This document shows, in pieces, positions 27,236 through 39,599 of a stretch of 64,000 nt of DNA. Source of the stretch: Octopus bimaculoides (Eukaryota); NCBI RefSeq assembly GCF_001194135.2, contig NC_068992.1:45631885-45695884 (forward strand), in the 5' to 3' direction. The stretch's first letter is position 1; each line of letters starts with the position of its first letter. The notes beneath the pieces were generated by a model that saw nothing but the letters and a program-made list of their open reading frames with translations, ran no database searches and had not been told where the DNA came from. The position numbers and the translations under genes were made by a program.

Positions 27236-28754
27236 CTGAAATATATACAGATTTAATAAACTTCTGAATAAATGAAATGTTTAATCGGGATCGGTGGAGT
27301 TTGAACTCTGAATGCAAGGAGACCTTGGTCAATTCTGCAAAATAGTAATTCCTAAGTTGTACCGACTCAGCAATACAACCTACGTGATGATACCAATAAT
27401 AAGAAATTTTGGGTGAAACTGTGTGCATCTTTCAATAATGGCCAATTTATATTTACTGGGGATTTCGACAATTCACTCTCTAAAATAGGATGACATAACG
27501 CAACGCAGCTAGATAGAAACAAAGACGGACAGGAGTTTGGCAGACAGAGATAGGTAGATGGGGAAAAGTGACCGAGGTGCGCATATACATACACACGCAC
27601 GTACACACTTCAATTCTTAAGTTCATATCTGAATAAGGAAACGATAGCATTTACAGACCAAAATCTTGTCTTGTAGTCATAATAACAGACCGGTACAAGT
27701 TTGCTCCATCTTAGTCCAATCATAACAGAGGTTAAGCCACCACAGAGAAGTGGAACACTTAGTTTAGAAACAAGTGCAGTTTATAGATTAACCTGCTAAT
27801 GTGGCGACACGTAAGTAGGAATCACCAAATAGCATCTTCAAGTTAGAATTAGTGAATTGCATTAAAAATGAATACGACCCACACAACATTCCAGTGTAAA
27901 TATACGTGCAAAAGAAATAATTTTAAAATCGGATTCTTCGAGACACCAAAGACAGTGGATGCCCAAAATAACAAAGGTCATTTTATTAGGAAGTAAAAGT
28001 CAGCTTTAAATGATACTTGACTCAGTGATACGTAGAGATACGAGTTCAAACTACATGTGCAACGAATACATGTATGAACATCACATTACGGAATACCATT
28101 TTATTCATAGCAACACTGAAGAATCCTCTGAAGATCTTCGAAATCGCTTATGGATTAGACAATAAAATTGATCCCATTAACAAGGTAGTTCACATTACCA
28201 ATTATTTTATAGTTTTCGAGATCCCTTTGCAAGTTTATCGTCGTATTCTTGAGTTCTAATGCTATTAGGTTATTAGTGTATCCGTGTATTCGCTGCATGT
28301 ATCGCCCAAAACCGCTCCAACCTGCACTGACCTTACATGATATACATACGCGCGAGCAGACACACTCACACACATATACACAAACATACACGCACACACA
28401 GGCACACACACACACAGACAAACAAACACAACAACACGCAAACACAAAGGTATGTATCTAGTATTAATGTATATTTAGCATTTATCTCTCAATATATCAA
28501 TGAGTATATTCATTTTAACATTAGCATAATTGCTTTTATTCTGTTTATAATCCCGATGGTGAACAGACATCAGAAAACGCGTGTTGTATTGTATACTCAC
28601 AGGTCCAAAACATATACATAGTTGTTCTTCCATAAATAACAGTGAATGTTNNNNNNNNNNNNNNNNNNNNNNNNNNNNNNNNNNNNNNNNNNNNNNNNNN
28701 NNNNNNNNNNNNNNNNNNNNNNNNNNNNNNNNNNNNNNNNNNNNNNNNNNNNNN

Positions 28755-28791
<37 letters not shown>

Positions 28792-29095
28792 TATACATGT
28801 ATACGTATATGTGTGTCTGTAGGTATGTATGTAAATACAGCTATATATATGCAAACATACGCACACACACAAACACACATATATACCTATATATATACAT
28901 ACATATAAATATATGTGCGAGTATTTTTAAACACATGTATTCGCTAGTCACACATGTACGCCCACATACACGTATGCATAAATGTGTGTGTGTGCGTGAG
29001 TGTGTGTAAATCGTGTGTATGGTGTGGGTGGATGTATAGATATATATATATGCGTGTGTGTGTGTGTGCGAGCGCGTGTGTATGTGTGCGCGAGC

Positions 29096-29169
<74 letters not shown>

Positions 29170-29330
29170 GCATACATATCCCCCCCACATACCAAAATGT
29201 GCATGTATGCATATATGTATGTTTATGTGCGTGTATGCATGTATGTATGTATATATGTACGTATGTATGTATCATGTATTTATGTGTGTATGTACGTGTC
29301 TGTGTATATTCATTAATATTTATATGCATG
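28755..29330. repeat. Compound (AT)/(CA)/(TG)/(ATGT) simple-repeat region
   Basis: Directly visible. Confidence 0.95.
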
Positions 29331-29763
29331 GAATCATTAATTTCTAAAATGAAATTGAATAAGATAGGCTCGCTGTCAGTTCTGGACATGGTAGCCATTA
29401 TTATTCGACAATAATGGGATTAAACTGTGTATTCCCCCCTCCCACCGTCTCTCACCATTCAAAGGAAGCTGGATAGAAGTCTTGTTACTGAACCTTTAAG
29501 CATAAATAACTCCATGTGTTCTTTTGCCATTATACGTCTTTTTTCATTTTACATTTCTATATCCAAATCACCATTGAGATGTGTACAAATGCATTTAGAC
29601 GAATTAAACAATACTATTTGAGATATATTGTCTTCTCTTCTTTCTCTCTTTCGCTCTCTTTTCTTTTTTATTGTTTATCTCTGTGAATTACTCTTGCCCT
29701 TAACATATCTCTCTATTTGTTTCTGAACAACACTCTCTTTATATCTGTATCTGTCTGTGTATC

Positions 29764-29815
<52 letters not shown>

Positions 29816-31837
29816 NNNNNNNNNNNNNNNNNNNNNNNNNNNNNNNNNNNNNNNNNNNNNNNNNNNNNNNNNNNNNNNNNNNNNNNNNNNNNNNNNNNNN
29901 NNNNNNNNNNNNNNNNNNNNNNNNNNNNNNNNNNNNNNNNNNNNNNNNNNNNNNNNNNNNNNNNNNNNNNNNNNNNNNNNNNNNNNNNNNNNNNNNNNNN
30001 NNNNNNNNNNNNNNNNNNNNNNNNNNNNNNNNNNNNNNNNNNNNNNNNNNNNNNTATATATATATATATATATATATATTTGTTTTACTTTTTTTTTTAT
30101 CGAAAGCAACACAATCTAGTTAATCTAATAACAAATGTATTGAGAAAACAGTTTTTTCTCCTGACTTTAGAAAGGGTAGATCCATGAAAGGGGTGTGAGT
30201 GTAATTATAGCACACACACACACAGAGACCCTTACAGACACAAACACAGATACATACACGTAGACACGCGCGCGAGCACTCTAATATGAAATCACACACA
30301 AGACGAGAGACATAGAGAAATCTACCGAGCACATTTACTCTCACAAGTGTTTATATCTAATTCTTGTGTCTATACATGTATGTAGATGAATGTATAAATG
30401 TGAGTAAGAAAAAAATTTCCTGCAATGCTTTTCAATTGAGAACAGTGGTAATTGTCTGAGGAAGTGTGTTGTTTGAGAGTGCGAGATATCAGACACAAAA
30501 ATAAAGTGATGTATTTAGATGTAAGTTAAATACTGCATCCATGTAGTCTTACAGACATAGATATAAATAGAAAACAGGCAACCTGACGTACAGTTAGACA
30601 GACAGGCAGCCAGGCAGCGTGTGATAGCAAACAGAACTAAGTGATGCACTTATTTGTGAAAATACATCTTCATACACGTTGTTATGCGTACGTAAAAACA
30701 TGCGTGACTATGGACATTTAGACTAAAGCAGACATACATACAGCCGTACATACTTTCGTCATTCTCGTAGATAGACGCTTGCTCGATATGGGTGAATATT
30801 CATAACAGTTTAGATGACTACTATCATTTAACGTCACAATTATTAGTTTAACTAAACTGTTATTTCTCCAATCTCACCCACTGACCAGGAATATTTGTTC
30901 AAATGATAAATTCATCACCATACCGACGAAAGCAAAAATATTGCATAGAGATTCGAAATTATAAAATATATTTTTGTTGTAGTTACAAAACACAGCTCAA
31001 ACCAGAAGTCTACAATGCAAATGTACAGGAACGACTCTTCTAAACTGTTATTCAGTTTCATATCTAAAACTGAATAACAAACTAAATAGAAGCAATAACC
31101 ATAAGTTGGGCCTATTTAATTACCATTGAGAAGAAACTCACAGATCTGTAGTTTAGAGGGATAAACTAGATAAGTAAATCACTTTGGAAAAAAAAAACTC
31201 TTTCTGTATTCCTTTTTCCATATCAGTTAAGTAATATCTTCAAAACATCAAAGACATTGATGCAGGCAAGCTAAATTTAAAAAAAAAACCCAGAATTCCA
31301 CAATATATATAGTAAAAATATCATTTTAGCACGGAAGTCCATCAGTTAACTTGCGATATTTATTTAGAGAGAATACATAACCTTTTCCTGAATAAAATTA
31401 AAATATATTTAGAAATAGTAAAAAGCAAGGCTATAAATATACATTCATCACCGTTAAACAGGGGTTAAATATCAACCAGAAATTCTGTCATCCGTAACGT
31501 TGTAAAGTTGGAAAAGGTAAATGTAATAAAGAAGAAGTTCGATGGGCATCAATTAATAGTCTACAGAAGGTTGAGGAGACAGTCAATAAGAAATCAGAGA
31601 ACCTCATTTCCGAGATGACGGCGTAATTTTTGAGATAAGTACCGAGTGAAGAAAATGCTTAAATAAGACGTAGTATGGCTAGAATATATCAAGGGAATAC
31701 TGCCTTGTCATTACAGCTGAACAAAGGGGTAGACGACTTCAGAGAGAATTATAAAAATTCTATGATAAGAAATTATTCGGACCATTTATTAGACAGTGAT
31801 AGATGCACTTGTCATTTTATTGTCACTATCTAACAAA

Positions 31838-33036
31838 CAGCAGCAAGCTGGCAGGAAGGTTAGCATACTGGGAAAAATTCCTAGCGGCATGTCGTCCGCT
31901 TTTGTATCTCGTGCTCAAATTCCAGTCAAGCCGACTTTACCTTTCATCCTTTTGGGGTCGATAAAATAAGTACCATTTGAAGGCGGGGATCTATTCCATC
32001 TCAATCACAGATTTTTTTAATTAATTTTTTAAAAACTAAACAGTTTGAAACTTCAAACACTGGTAGAATTTATTACGTAGAACACGGTTAACTCTTTTGA
32101 CAAAATTTCGCATTCTAGAAGTTATTTCGTGTTAAAGTTGTCGTATATGGGCAATTTCAGCCAATCAGCGACGTGTATTCGGTTGAAGAGGAACAACTTC
32201 CGGGTCATCTCGACTAAATTTCACCACGACTTCGCAGCTAGCTTTTTTATTGTTGACGGATATGTAGTTTGAAAATGCCTTCTTTTACAGCTATACGATG
32301 TATTTTTATTGTCATGATTTTCTCTTACTATGATCAACAACAAACACATTTCGGCAATATAAAAAGATGAGGACAAATATATGTCGAATATAAATAATGT
32401 AAATAATGTACATAATTCCTCATCTCATAAATGTAGAACTGTATAAAAAGTCTTTATTTGATAAAAAAAATAACATTATCAAAACATGAAGGTAAAACAA
32501 AACAAAGAGCGACTTTTACACCGGAAAATACGGTAATTATAGTAGCAGTGATAACTTCGCTTGCTGGTTGCTACTTGATAGTGTAGAAGGGAGGAAAAGG
32601 GTAAGGAATGCACGGTGATGACTAGAGAGGAAGGAAGGATAAAGGTGGCATCGTCTTCGCTCGCCATACGAATAGAACAGAGTTGTGACATTTGGTACAG
32701 ATGACCCTGAAGTTGTTCCTCTTCGATTACAATCGCAAACAGCAGTAGCTTTCTTCAACCGAATACACGTCGTTGATTGGTTGAAATTACCCAAATACGA
32801 CAACTTTAACACGAAATAACTACTAAAATACGAAATTTTGTCAAAAATGTTCAGAGTAAACCGTGTTCTACGTGAGATATTCTACCAGTATTCGAAGTTT
32901 CAAACTATTTAGTTGAAATAAAAAATAATTAAAAAATCTGCGATTATGATGGAATAGATCCGAAGACGGGTCGATGTAATCGATTTTTTTCCTTACCCGA
33001 ATTTGGGGGGCTTGCGCCAAAATTTGAAATCAATAT
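31838..33036 (+). mobile_element. SINE family A split by a DNA-transposon insertion (5' part 31838-31986, 3' part 32962-33036)
   Basis: Head/body gcaagctggcagg...tttcatcctttggggtcgataaaataagtacc resumes as gtcgatgtaatcga...cttgcgccaaaatttgaaa after the insert. Confidence 0.8.
31987..32961. mobile_element. Non-autonomous TIR DNA transposon (long TIRs, GG...CC termini, 8-bp TSD; Merlin- or MULE-like)
   Basis: Left arm 31987-~32211 is the imperfect reverse complement of ~32698-32961 (GGATCTATTCCATC.../...GATGGAATAGATCC); flanked by gaaggcgg/gaagacgg (7/8 match). No transposase ORF inside. Confidence 0.85.
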
Positions 33037-33972
33037 CTTACAAAACAGTAACAGCAAACTATCGTTGTGGTTACTACTATGCCAAGCTGGCCGGTGTCTG
33101 TTAATAGCAAAAAGAATTCTAATACTAATGAACGGAGCTACACATATGGTGATGAACCAGCAACCAATTGCATTTCGTAGATTATTGTATTCTTTGTATT
33201 ATTTATAGTTATATAACTCTTACTGTTATATCAACGATGAGGAATATCCAACCTTGAAGTACACAGACAACATTCAATACCATAAGTGTCGCTTCACACT
33301 TTGATCCTCACATGTCATCAAAGTTAAACAGCCAAATGTGCTTTTGTTCAGAACTTTATTAAACAAGAATAAAGAAGCCTATGGAACTATATGAGGTTGC
33401 CGAATATAATTATAATTTACTTTATGCCATCTTGCATCAACACTTGTGAGTGATGTATTGAAACCGATTTAGTCAAACTGAGTATCTCAACATTAAGATA
33501 AAGCACTTAAATCTGTGGTTGTCACTAGGGCACCTAGAGTTATATAAAATTACCAGTGCGAATTAAGTTTAAAGAGAAAACTGTTTAAAAAAATTCTATA
33601 GTAATGTATTTCGCATTCGGTTTTATCATATATGTGTATCAAGCATCTAAAGTTTTGTTTTATACTTTTTAAAACTCCGTGGCGCATTCATATACTCATT
33701 GGTTCTGAAACCAATGTGCTACACTGTGCTACTTTGTGCTACACTGGCTTTTATCAGCTGCAAAACGGAAAAAAAAAATCGTTAGGTAACTGTTTCAATT
33801 ATTAGTAAAATTAATTTCATTTCACCACTACTGCTAATATGCTTGGGAAAGGCATGAACAATACAATACACTGTTTCTCGTTCGTCTGAGCTGTAAAACC
33901 TTTATTCAGCTCTGTGAAAAGAGAACCAGTAGTCTGGTGTGATACACAATAACCTTTGTATTTCCTCTCCAG

Positions 33973-34067
33973 CGAATTGGATTCTAATTGATTGGATACA
34001 AAGACACCTGCCCACTTTGTTGGAAAATGTTGTCAGGGAGACGTTAAGAGATGCGATGCTCTTATAA
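33973..34067 (+). CDS. Candidate terminal coding exon (xNWILIDWIQRHLPTLLENVVRETLRDAMLL*), amphipathic helix, product unknown
   Basis: Strong acceptor tttgtatttcctctccAG; phase-1 frame open for 31 codons to TAA with clear helical hydrophobic periodicity. Confidence 0.33.
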
Positions 34068-34360
34068 AACATCTGATACAGTTTAAACAAAGGCCTAAAT
34101 TAACAACAAAAAACAACTGACACCAAAACTAAAGTAAAACAGTAGACTGTTCATTATAAACAAACTGTAAAAGCTTGCCAATTTCACGTTCGTTGAATTG
34201 TCTTATAGTATACCCCGCTTCATCAATTTAGACCGTATTCTAAACTATTGTAATGTCGTAAGAAAGATAATGTCTTAAATAATATAACCTTAAATCGATG
34301 TTATTGCTGATTTTAAACGAGGAAGACATTTCAAACTTCTCAATCGATAGTCAGATTTAC

Positions 34361-34417
34361 CAGCTGAGCAGGTGTTGTTAAAGCCACCATTACAGTCAGT
34401 CTTCTGTCTCTTTCTTC
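34361..34417 (-). CDS. Candidate 57-bp exon (EERDRRLTVMVALTTPAQL, or RKRQKTDCNGGFNNTCSA in phase 1)
   Basis: Acceptor tatattgatatacAG, donor CTG/GTAAAT; weak support only. Confidence 0.12.
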
Positions 34418-35079
34418 CTGTATATCAATATAATGTGTTTAAGTGAAAAACACCTGGGTTCCAACATTTTAAAATAACGAATATATTCCGTGTCAGGAGG
34501 GAATGTCAACGAGAAATCTGCATTTTGGCGCCAACCTTCTTATAGCGAGCAATACAGATATTAATCTATGCTAACATACATCATCATCACCGAGGCATTC
34601 GAGTGAAAATCACTTATTATCATCGTCGTCATCGTCATCGCCGTAGGAGGACAAATAATTTGCTTTCACAATCGTCAGCGTCGTCAACAACATCGTCACC
34701 ATTGTTAAAGGAGGGAAAATTGAATATCTTTATCGTGATTATCTTTCCCTTTACAATTATCATTAGCACCATTATCGTTGCTATCGTCACCATCGCCATC
34801 ATTTTTCTCATAATAAAAGGTAAAATAAATCACTTTGTCAGCCATTTTGATTATCAACAATCACTTCTAATTTAAAATGTTTTTCTTAGGAAAGTTACAT
34901 GACTTAAGTATCTCCTACCAGAGGCGAACAGGAACGCCATTTGCGGTACGTGACATATCCGAATGCTTCTATCTAAATGAATGTAAACTAATGAGATCGT
35001 CAGCAACAGCGTGAACCCAAATTTTTAAAAGCAGACCATCTCAGGCAGTTCTGTCCCACAGTTGACAGGAAAAGTACTG

Positions 35080-35323
35080 AAGGACACTCTCTAACGCTGT
35101 TGTCATACCAATGACAATTTCAGCAACAATGTGTCTACAACATACGTACTCAAAGAAGATCGTGAAAATTTGCTACCAAGAACATGAATAAATGCTATAA
35201 AACATGGATATAGTCTGAGTGTCGTTCGATACCACCGATGATTTACAAGGCTGACCAGAAATCATTTGACAAATGTCGGTGAAGACAACCACTCTGGTGT
35301 TACCTGGTCGGCTTACCAAATCT

Positions 35324-35367
<44 letters not shown>

Positions 35368-35400
35368 TATTATTATTATTATTATTATTACTATTATTAT
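35080..35400 (+). mobile_element. Possible RTE-like LINE 3' end with (CAT)n/(TAT)n tail
   Basis: Degenerate PRT*INAIK (PRRTWxDxIK-like) upstream of a trinucleotide tail; weak. Confidence 0.3.
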
Positions 35401-35660
35401 TTATCTATTTATTTTATCAGTTCATTGTGTGTAAATCCCAACACTTCATGTCTGTTCTGTTTTGTATAATTTCCCTCATTTGTCACCCTGGTTGCAAATA
35501 AATGGCATCATCATTATTTCTTTTGATTTGACTCCGGTTGGATATTATTCCTGGTGGAAATTATATGAATAGCAGGTTACTACTTGTAATCTTAAGTATC
35601 CAAAAGTTTTCTACATTCTTTCAAGTGCTTACAACACTCCTGATAATCTTTGCTGTCTCT

Positions 35661-35880
35661 GGCGGAGAGCTGATAGAATTATTAGAACGCCGGACAAAAC
35701 GCTCTGCGGCATTTCGTCCGTCTTTACGTTCTGAGTTCAAATTCCGCCGAGGTCGACTTTGTGTTTCATCCTTTCAGGTTCTATAAATCAAATACCGGTT
35801 GCGTACTGAGGTAGATCTAATGGACTGACCCGCCCCCTGCCCAAATATCAGGCCTTTTTCCCAGAGTAGAAAAGATTATT
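35661..35880 (+). mobile_element. SINE family A, full-length copy
   Basis: GGCGGAGAGCTG head with A-box-like and B-box-like (GAGTTCAAATTCC) motifs, conserved body, tail ...cccagagtagaaaagattatt. Confidence 0.9.
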
Positions 35881-35890
35881 GTTGTTGTTT

Positions 35891-36170
35891 GGCGTCAAGT
35901 TGACAGAATCATTAGAATACCGGGCAAAATGTTTTACGGCATTTTGTCCATCCTTTCGTTCTTAGTTTAATTTCCGCCGAGGTCGATTTTATCTTGTATC
36001 CTTTGGGGGTCGATAATATAAGTACCAGTTGAGCACTGGGGTCGATGTAATCGACTAACTCCTTCATCCGTAATTGCTGGACATCTGCCAATGTTTAAAA
36101 TTTTCATCATCATTATTATTATGAAAATTTCAAGCCTTGTTCCTCCAGTAGAAAGGGTTGTTATTATTAT
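35891..36170 (+). mobile_element. SINE family A full-length copy (35891-~36110) plus an extra 3' fragment (36122-36170), head-to-tail
   Basis: Second head ggcgtcaagttgacagaatcattag...; body gtcgataatataagtaccagttgagcactggggtcgatgtaatcgac; extra tail aaaatttcaagccttgttcctccagtagaaagggttgttattatt. Confidence 0.85.
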
Positions 36171-36496
36171 TGTTCTTGTTGCATTGTTTGCAAAGACAGG
36201 ATGTCTTTTCGAGGCACGTGAGTTATTGATGAACTTTGTTTCCAAAAGCGTAATTTCTATTTTTACTGTACCATCATGTTAACAAGGAAATGAACATTTT
36301 GTGAGGTTGGCGAACTATGTTAAATTTTTGAACCTTCAAGGCGGAATTTGTGATCCGTCTTCTAAAATTCAGCCATTGAAAAAATGAAAAAAGAAAGGAA
36401 AAAACAGGCATCGAATTTTTCGGTAAATAATCAAGTGAATTAAACCAGAGATTTGAAGACTTGTTTTGAAACTAACTTTGTCCCTTTATAGTAAAT

Positions 36497-36530
36497 CACA
36501 ACCATCTCCAGTGTGCTGGAGATGGTTGTG
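36497..36530. repeat. Perfect 15-bp inverted repeat with 4-nt spacer
   Basis: CACAACCATCTCCAG-tgtg-CTGGAGATGGTTGTG. Confidence 0.97.
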
Positions 36531-38457
36531 GGTCTTTTTAAAGAAATCAAGTGATAATTTCATAGTCGTTATAAATACAGAATAGTAGATTGGAAATCTG
36601 AGGGTAAAAATTCCATTTTTATTAATGGACTAAACCCATCTATTGTAATAACACAAATCTGTACATGTAAGATGCCACATTATCACATAACTATACTAAT
36701 TGTTCCAGATTGCCACCATTCCCCATCCTTGCATTTTAATACGAAATATTGAAATATAATGTAAAGCATTAAACTACTGTTTTACTTTTTATTGCTAATG
36801 TTTCCGTTCTTACTTTTCCAACTTTAATTGCGGCCGTTTTCTAAAATAATATTTTATTTATTTCACAAAACATCTTATAAACTATTGTAGTCTAATATTT
36901 ATGGGATTGCTTGTTTCCAACGCCTACATTCCGGTTGTCTGTATATCTAAATTTTCATTTTACAGACAATTTCTGTATATTTTATAGACGTATATTGCCA
37001 TCTGTTATTATTGATATATGAAATTAAGTGGCATTTCCACTTCTCACAATGTTTGATAGTCTCATTAATTTCTCCGTCTAGTCAATACGTCACTACACAT
37101 TCTTCTGAGTTTCTTGCTTTCGTTTCTGCATTAGTTCTGCTTTACGTTTAAGTAAGTATTGCTAATGTCATTTTTGTTTTCAAACGAACTGCCTGCTTGT
37201 TTCCGGGATCGTAGTAGTTTTTCACAATGACAGAGTTGTTTATTTAGTTATCTCTTTTTATGCCACCTTTGATCTCAGGCGCTTATTTGTATTCGTTTTG
37301 TTATTTATTCATTTTTTGTTGTTGCTATTTTGTATTTCTACATTTGTCTCATCTTTTTCGTGGTTCATTTGTTGATTTCATTATGGATTTTGCGATCTGA
37401 TATTTCATTCTGTAATGCTCTCTTCAAGCTGGTTTGCGTTTCTCAGTAATCTTTTTCTACACGTTGTTAGATGTTCTGGACTGAGTTGTTCTAAGTTGGT
37501 AACTCTTTCCCTTTTGAGAGCATTTTTGCTGGTTCTTTCAGTTTATAAAGCCCTTTGTCCTTGTGATAATGGCGTTGAAATCTGTTTACAATATGTCAAT
37601 GATAGATCCGTTTCAGCTTTATTTTTATTGCTATTTTATCGTAAAATTCATCTTCAAGGGAGCATTTATTTATTTGTTGATAAGATCTTTCAACTTTAAT
37701 TCAGTAAATATTTTCACGTTTTGAAGATTGTCTTATTGATATTGTCCGGCTTAATAACTTTCCATTTTTATATTATTTTAATCATCACCACTGTTCATAT
37801 TTTTTGTTACGGTAATTCTATTTCGGCTTTTGTTAATCATAGCTGTGTAGAAATTATTGGTTTTCATTTTGTTATTTTGGTATTTCTGAAATTTGCTTTG
37901 TTTGCACTAAAATATATCTAATTAAGTCGTGTTTTCACTACTTACAGTTTCATATTGTTATTTTTTTCACTGTTTCTATTTTGGTATTTAAATCTTGAGT
38001 CTTCTGTTTCGTATTTATTTTAATATTTCATTTCTCTGCCCGAGGTCGTTTTGCTTAATATAGCTTCTAAAATTAGATGATCTCCTGGGATTTAAATTTA
38101 ATTGTCGGTCAGCATTATTTTCACTCTTGGCATCATATGCGTACATTATAGCAAACCACTTTAATATAAGTGCAGCAGAGCAGTAAAATGAAAATAAAAT
38201 GTACAAGCGAACTCGCATTGTCTCCCTTGTGGTTTTTGTTGCATTTACTTGCAACACATAAAACATAATTTTATTTAAATTGCCCTTTTAAATTTATCAA
38301 TTCCTTGAATGCACACTTATTTGTGAAGTTATCTAATATAACTTTGACCCTTTTTAAACATTTTATAATTGTTATTGCAATTAGTAGCGGACGTTGTAGT
38401 AGTAGAAATCATAAATGGAAAAGTATTTACGCAATTTTACAATCATATGTGTGTGTG

Positions 38458-39110
38458 TGTGATCTGATCAACAAGTAACAAAGCTAAAGCACGCAGAATG
38501 AAGGGCTTGGCACACATTGATTTGAACTCTGCTGCGCATGCGCACTAAGATTTAATGTTCTAGCTCACTTCCGCTGTTTACAGCAGTGCTTGGAAGGAAG
38601 GTGTGTAGTATGTGATTGTCGCATTGACCATGACAAAGGAAGTTGAGCAAAGAATCTGCATCAAATTTTGCCAAAAGCTGGGCTATACCTGCTGAGAAGC
38701 TTATGCAAAGTTTTAAAAAAATTTCCATCTTCCTCTAAACAATCAAGTTCATGTGCAACTGAAACCCAAGTGCCTTTTTGCTCAGCTGAAAGCAGTTTTG
38801 GCACAAACTTGGCTGACACGTGTCTCATACCCAAATCTTCAGTTATAATGAACTTAATATAACAGTAAATCATCCGCACATCCTCTGATAACTCACAGAT
38901 GATGATTCACGATTTTCCCTCACAGTTGCACGCACATCTGCAATGTTTTTCTCAGTTCTACTGGTTTCGGGTCTCCTATAACGTTCGTCAATATCGACAT
39001 TTTTCGGGCATCTGAGAAAAGTCTAAACCACTCGTACACTGGTGTGTGGAACATAAATCCCTTTCCATACACTTTCTCCAACTTTACGGAGCCCTCTGAG
39101 CAGGTATCGC
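38458..39110. mobile_element. Mariner relic with internal inversion (5' end and N-terminus on +, 38458-38712; HTH-to-linker region on -, 39110-38705)
   Basis: Plus: TIR-like gatctgatcaacaagta and MTKEVEQRICIKFCQKLGYTC*EAYAK. Minus: DTCSEGSVKLEKVYG..VYEWFR..RPETSRTEKNIADVRATVRENR..EDLGMRHVSAKFVPKLLS..EEDGNFFK. Confidence 0.88.
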
Positions 39111-39222
39111 GAAAGTGTCTGGAGGAGGGAAGAAAGTGTTAGTATACTTGCTAACATAGGTTGGGATGCTTATAGGCATAGACGCACACATACCCCCACA
39201 CAGAGATGTAAGCATCCACACT

Positions 39223-39436
39223 GCGAGCTAGCAGTAACGTTAGCACTCCTGGCGAAATACTTAGCGGTATTTCGTCTCTCTTTACGTTCTGAGTTTAAAT
39301 TCCGCCGAGATCGACTTTGCCTTTCATCCTTTCAGAGTCGATGGATTAAGTACCTCTTGCGTACTGGGGTCGATCTAATCGACTGGCCCCTTCCCTAAAA
39401 ACTTCGGGCTTTGTGCCTAGAGTAGAAAATAATGAT
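39223..39436 (+). mobile_element. SINE family A, full-length copy
   Basis: gcgagctagcagtaacgttagcac...ttctgagtttaaattccgccgagatcgactttgcctttcatccttt...gtgcctagagtagaaaa. Confidence 0.9.
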
Positions 39437-39599
39437 TTAACCCTAACAGGAACTACTACCCCAGGCCAGAGCAAACCTGCGAGTGATGACAACTAAGGGT
39501 AACACGACATTCCGCACAGCTCCTTTTATCCCAAGCTGGAGCCTTGCCACTGATGCAGTTTGTCATACCAGGACACACACACATAAACACACACACACA

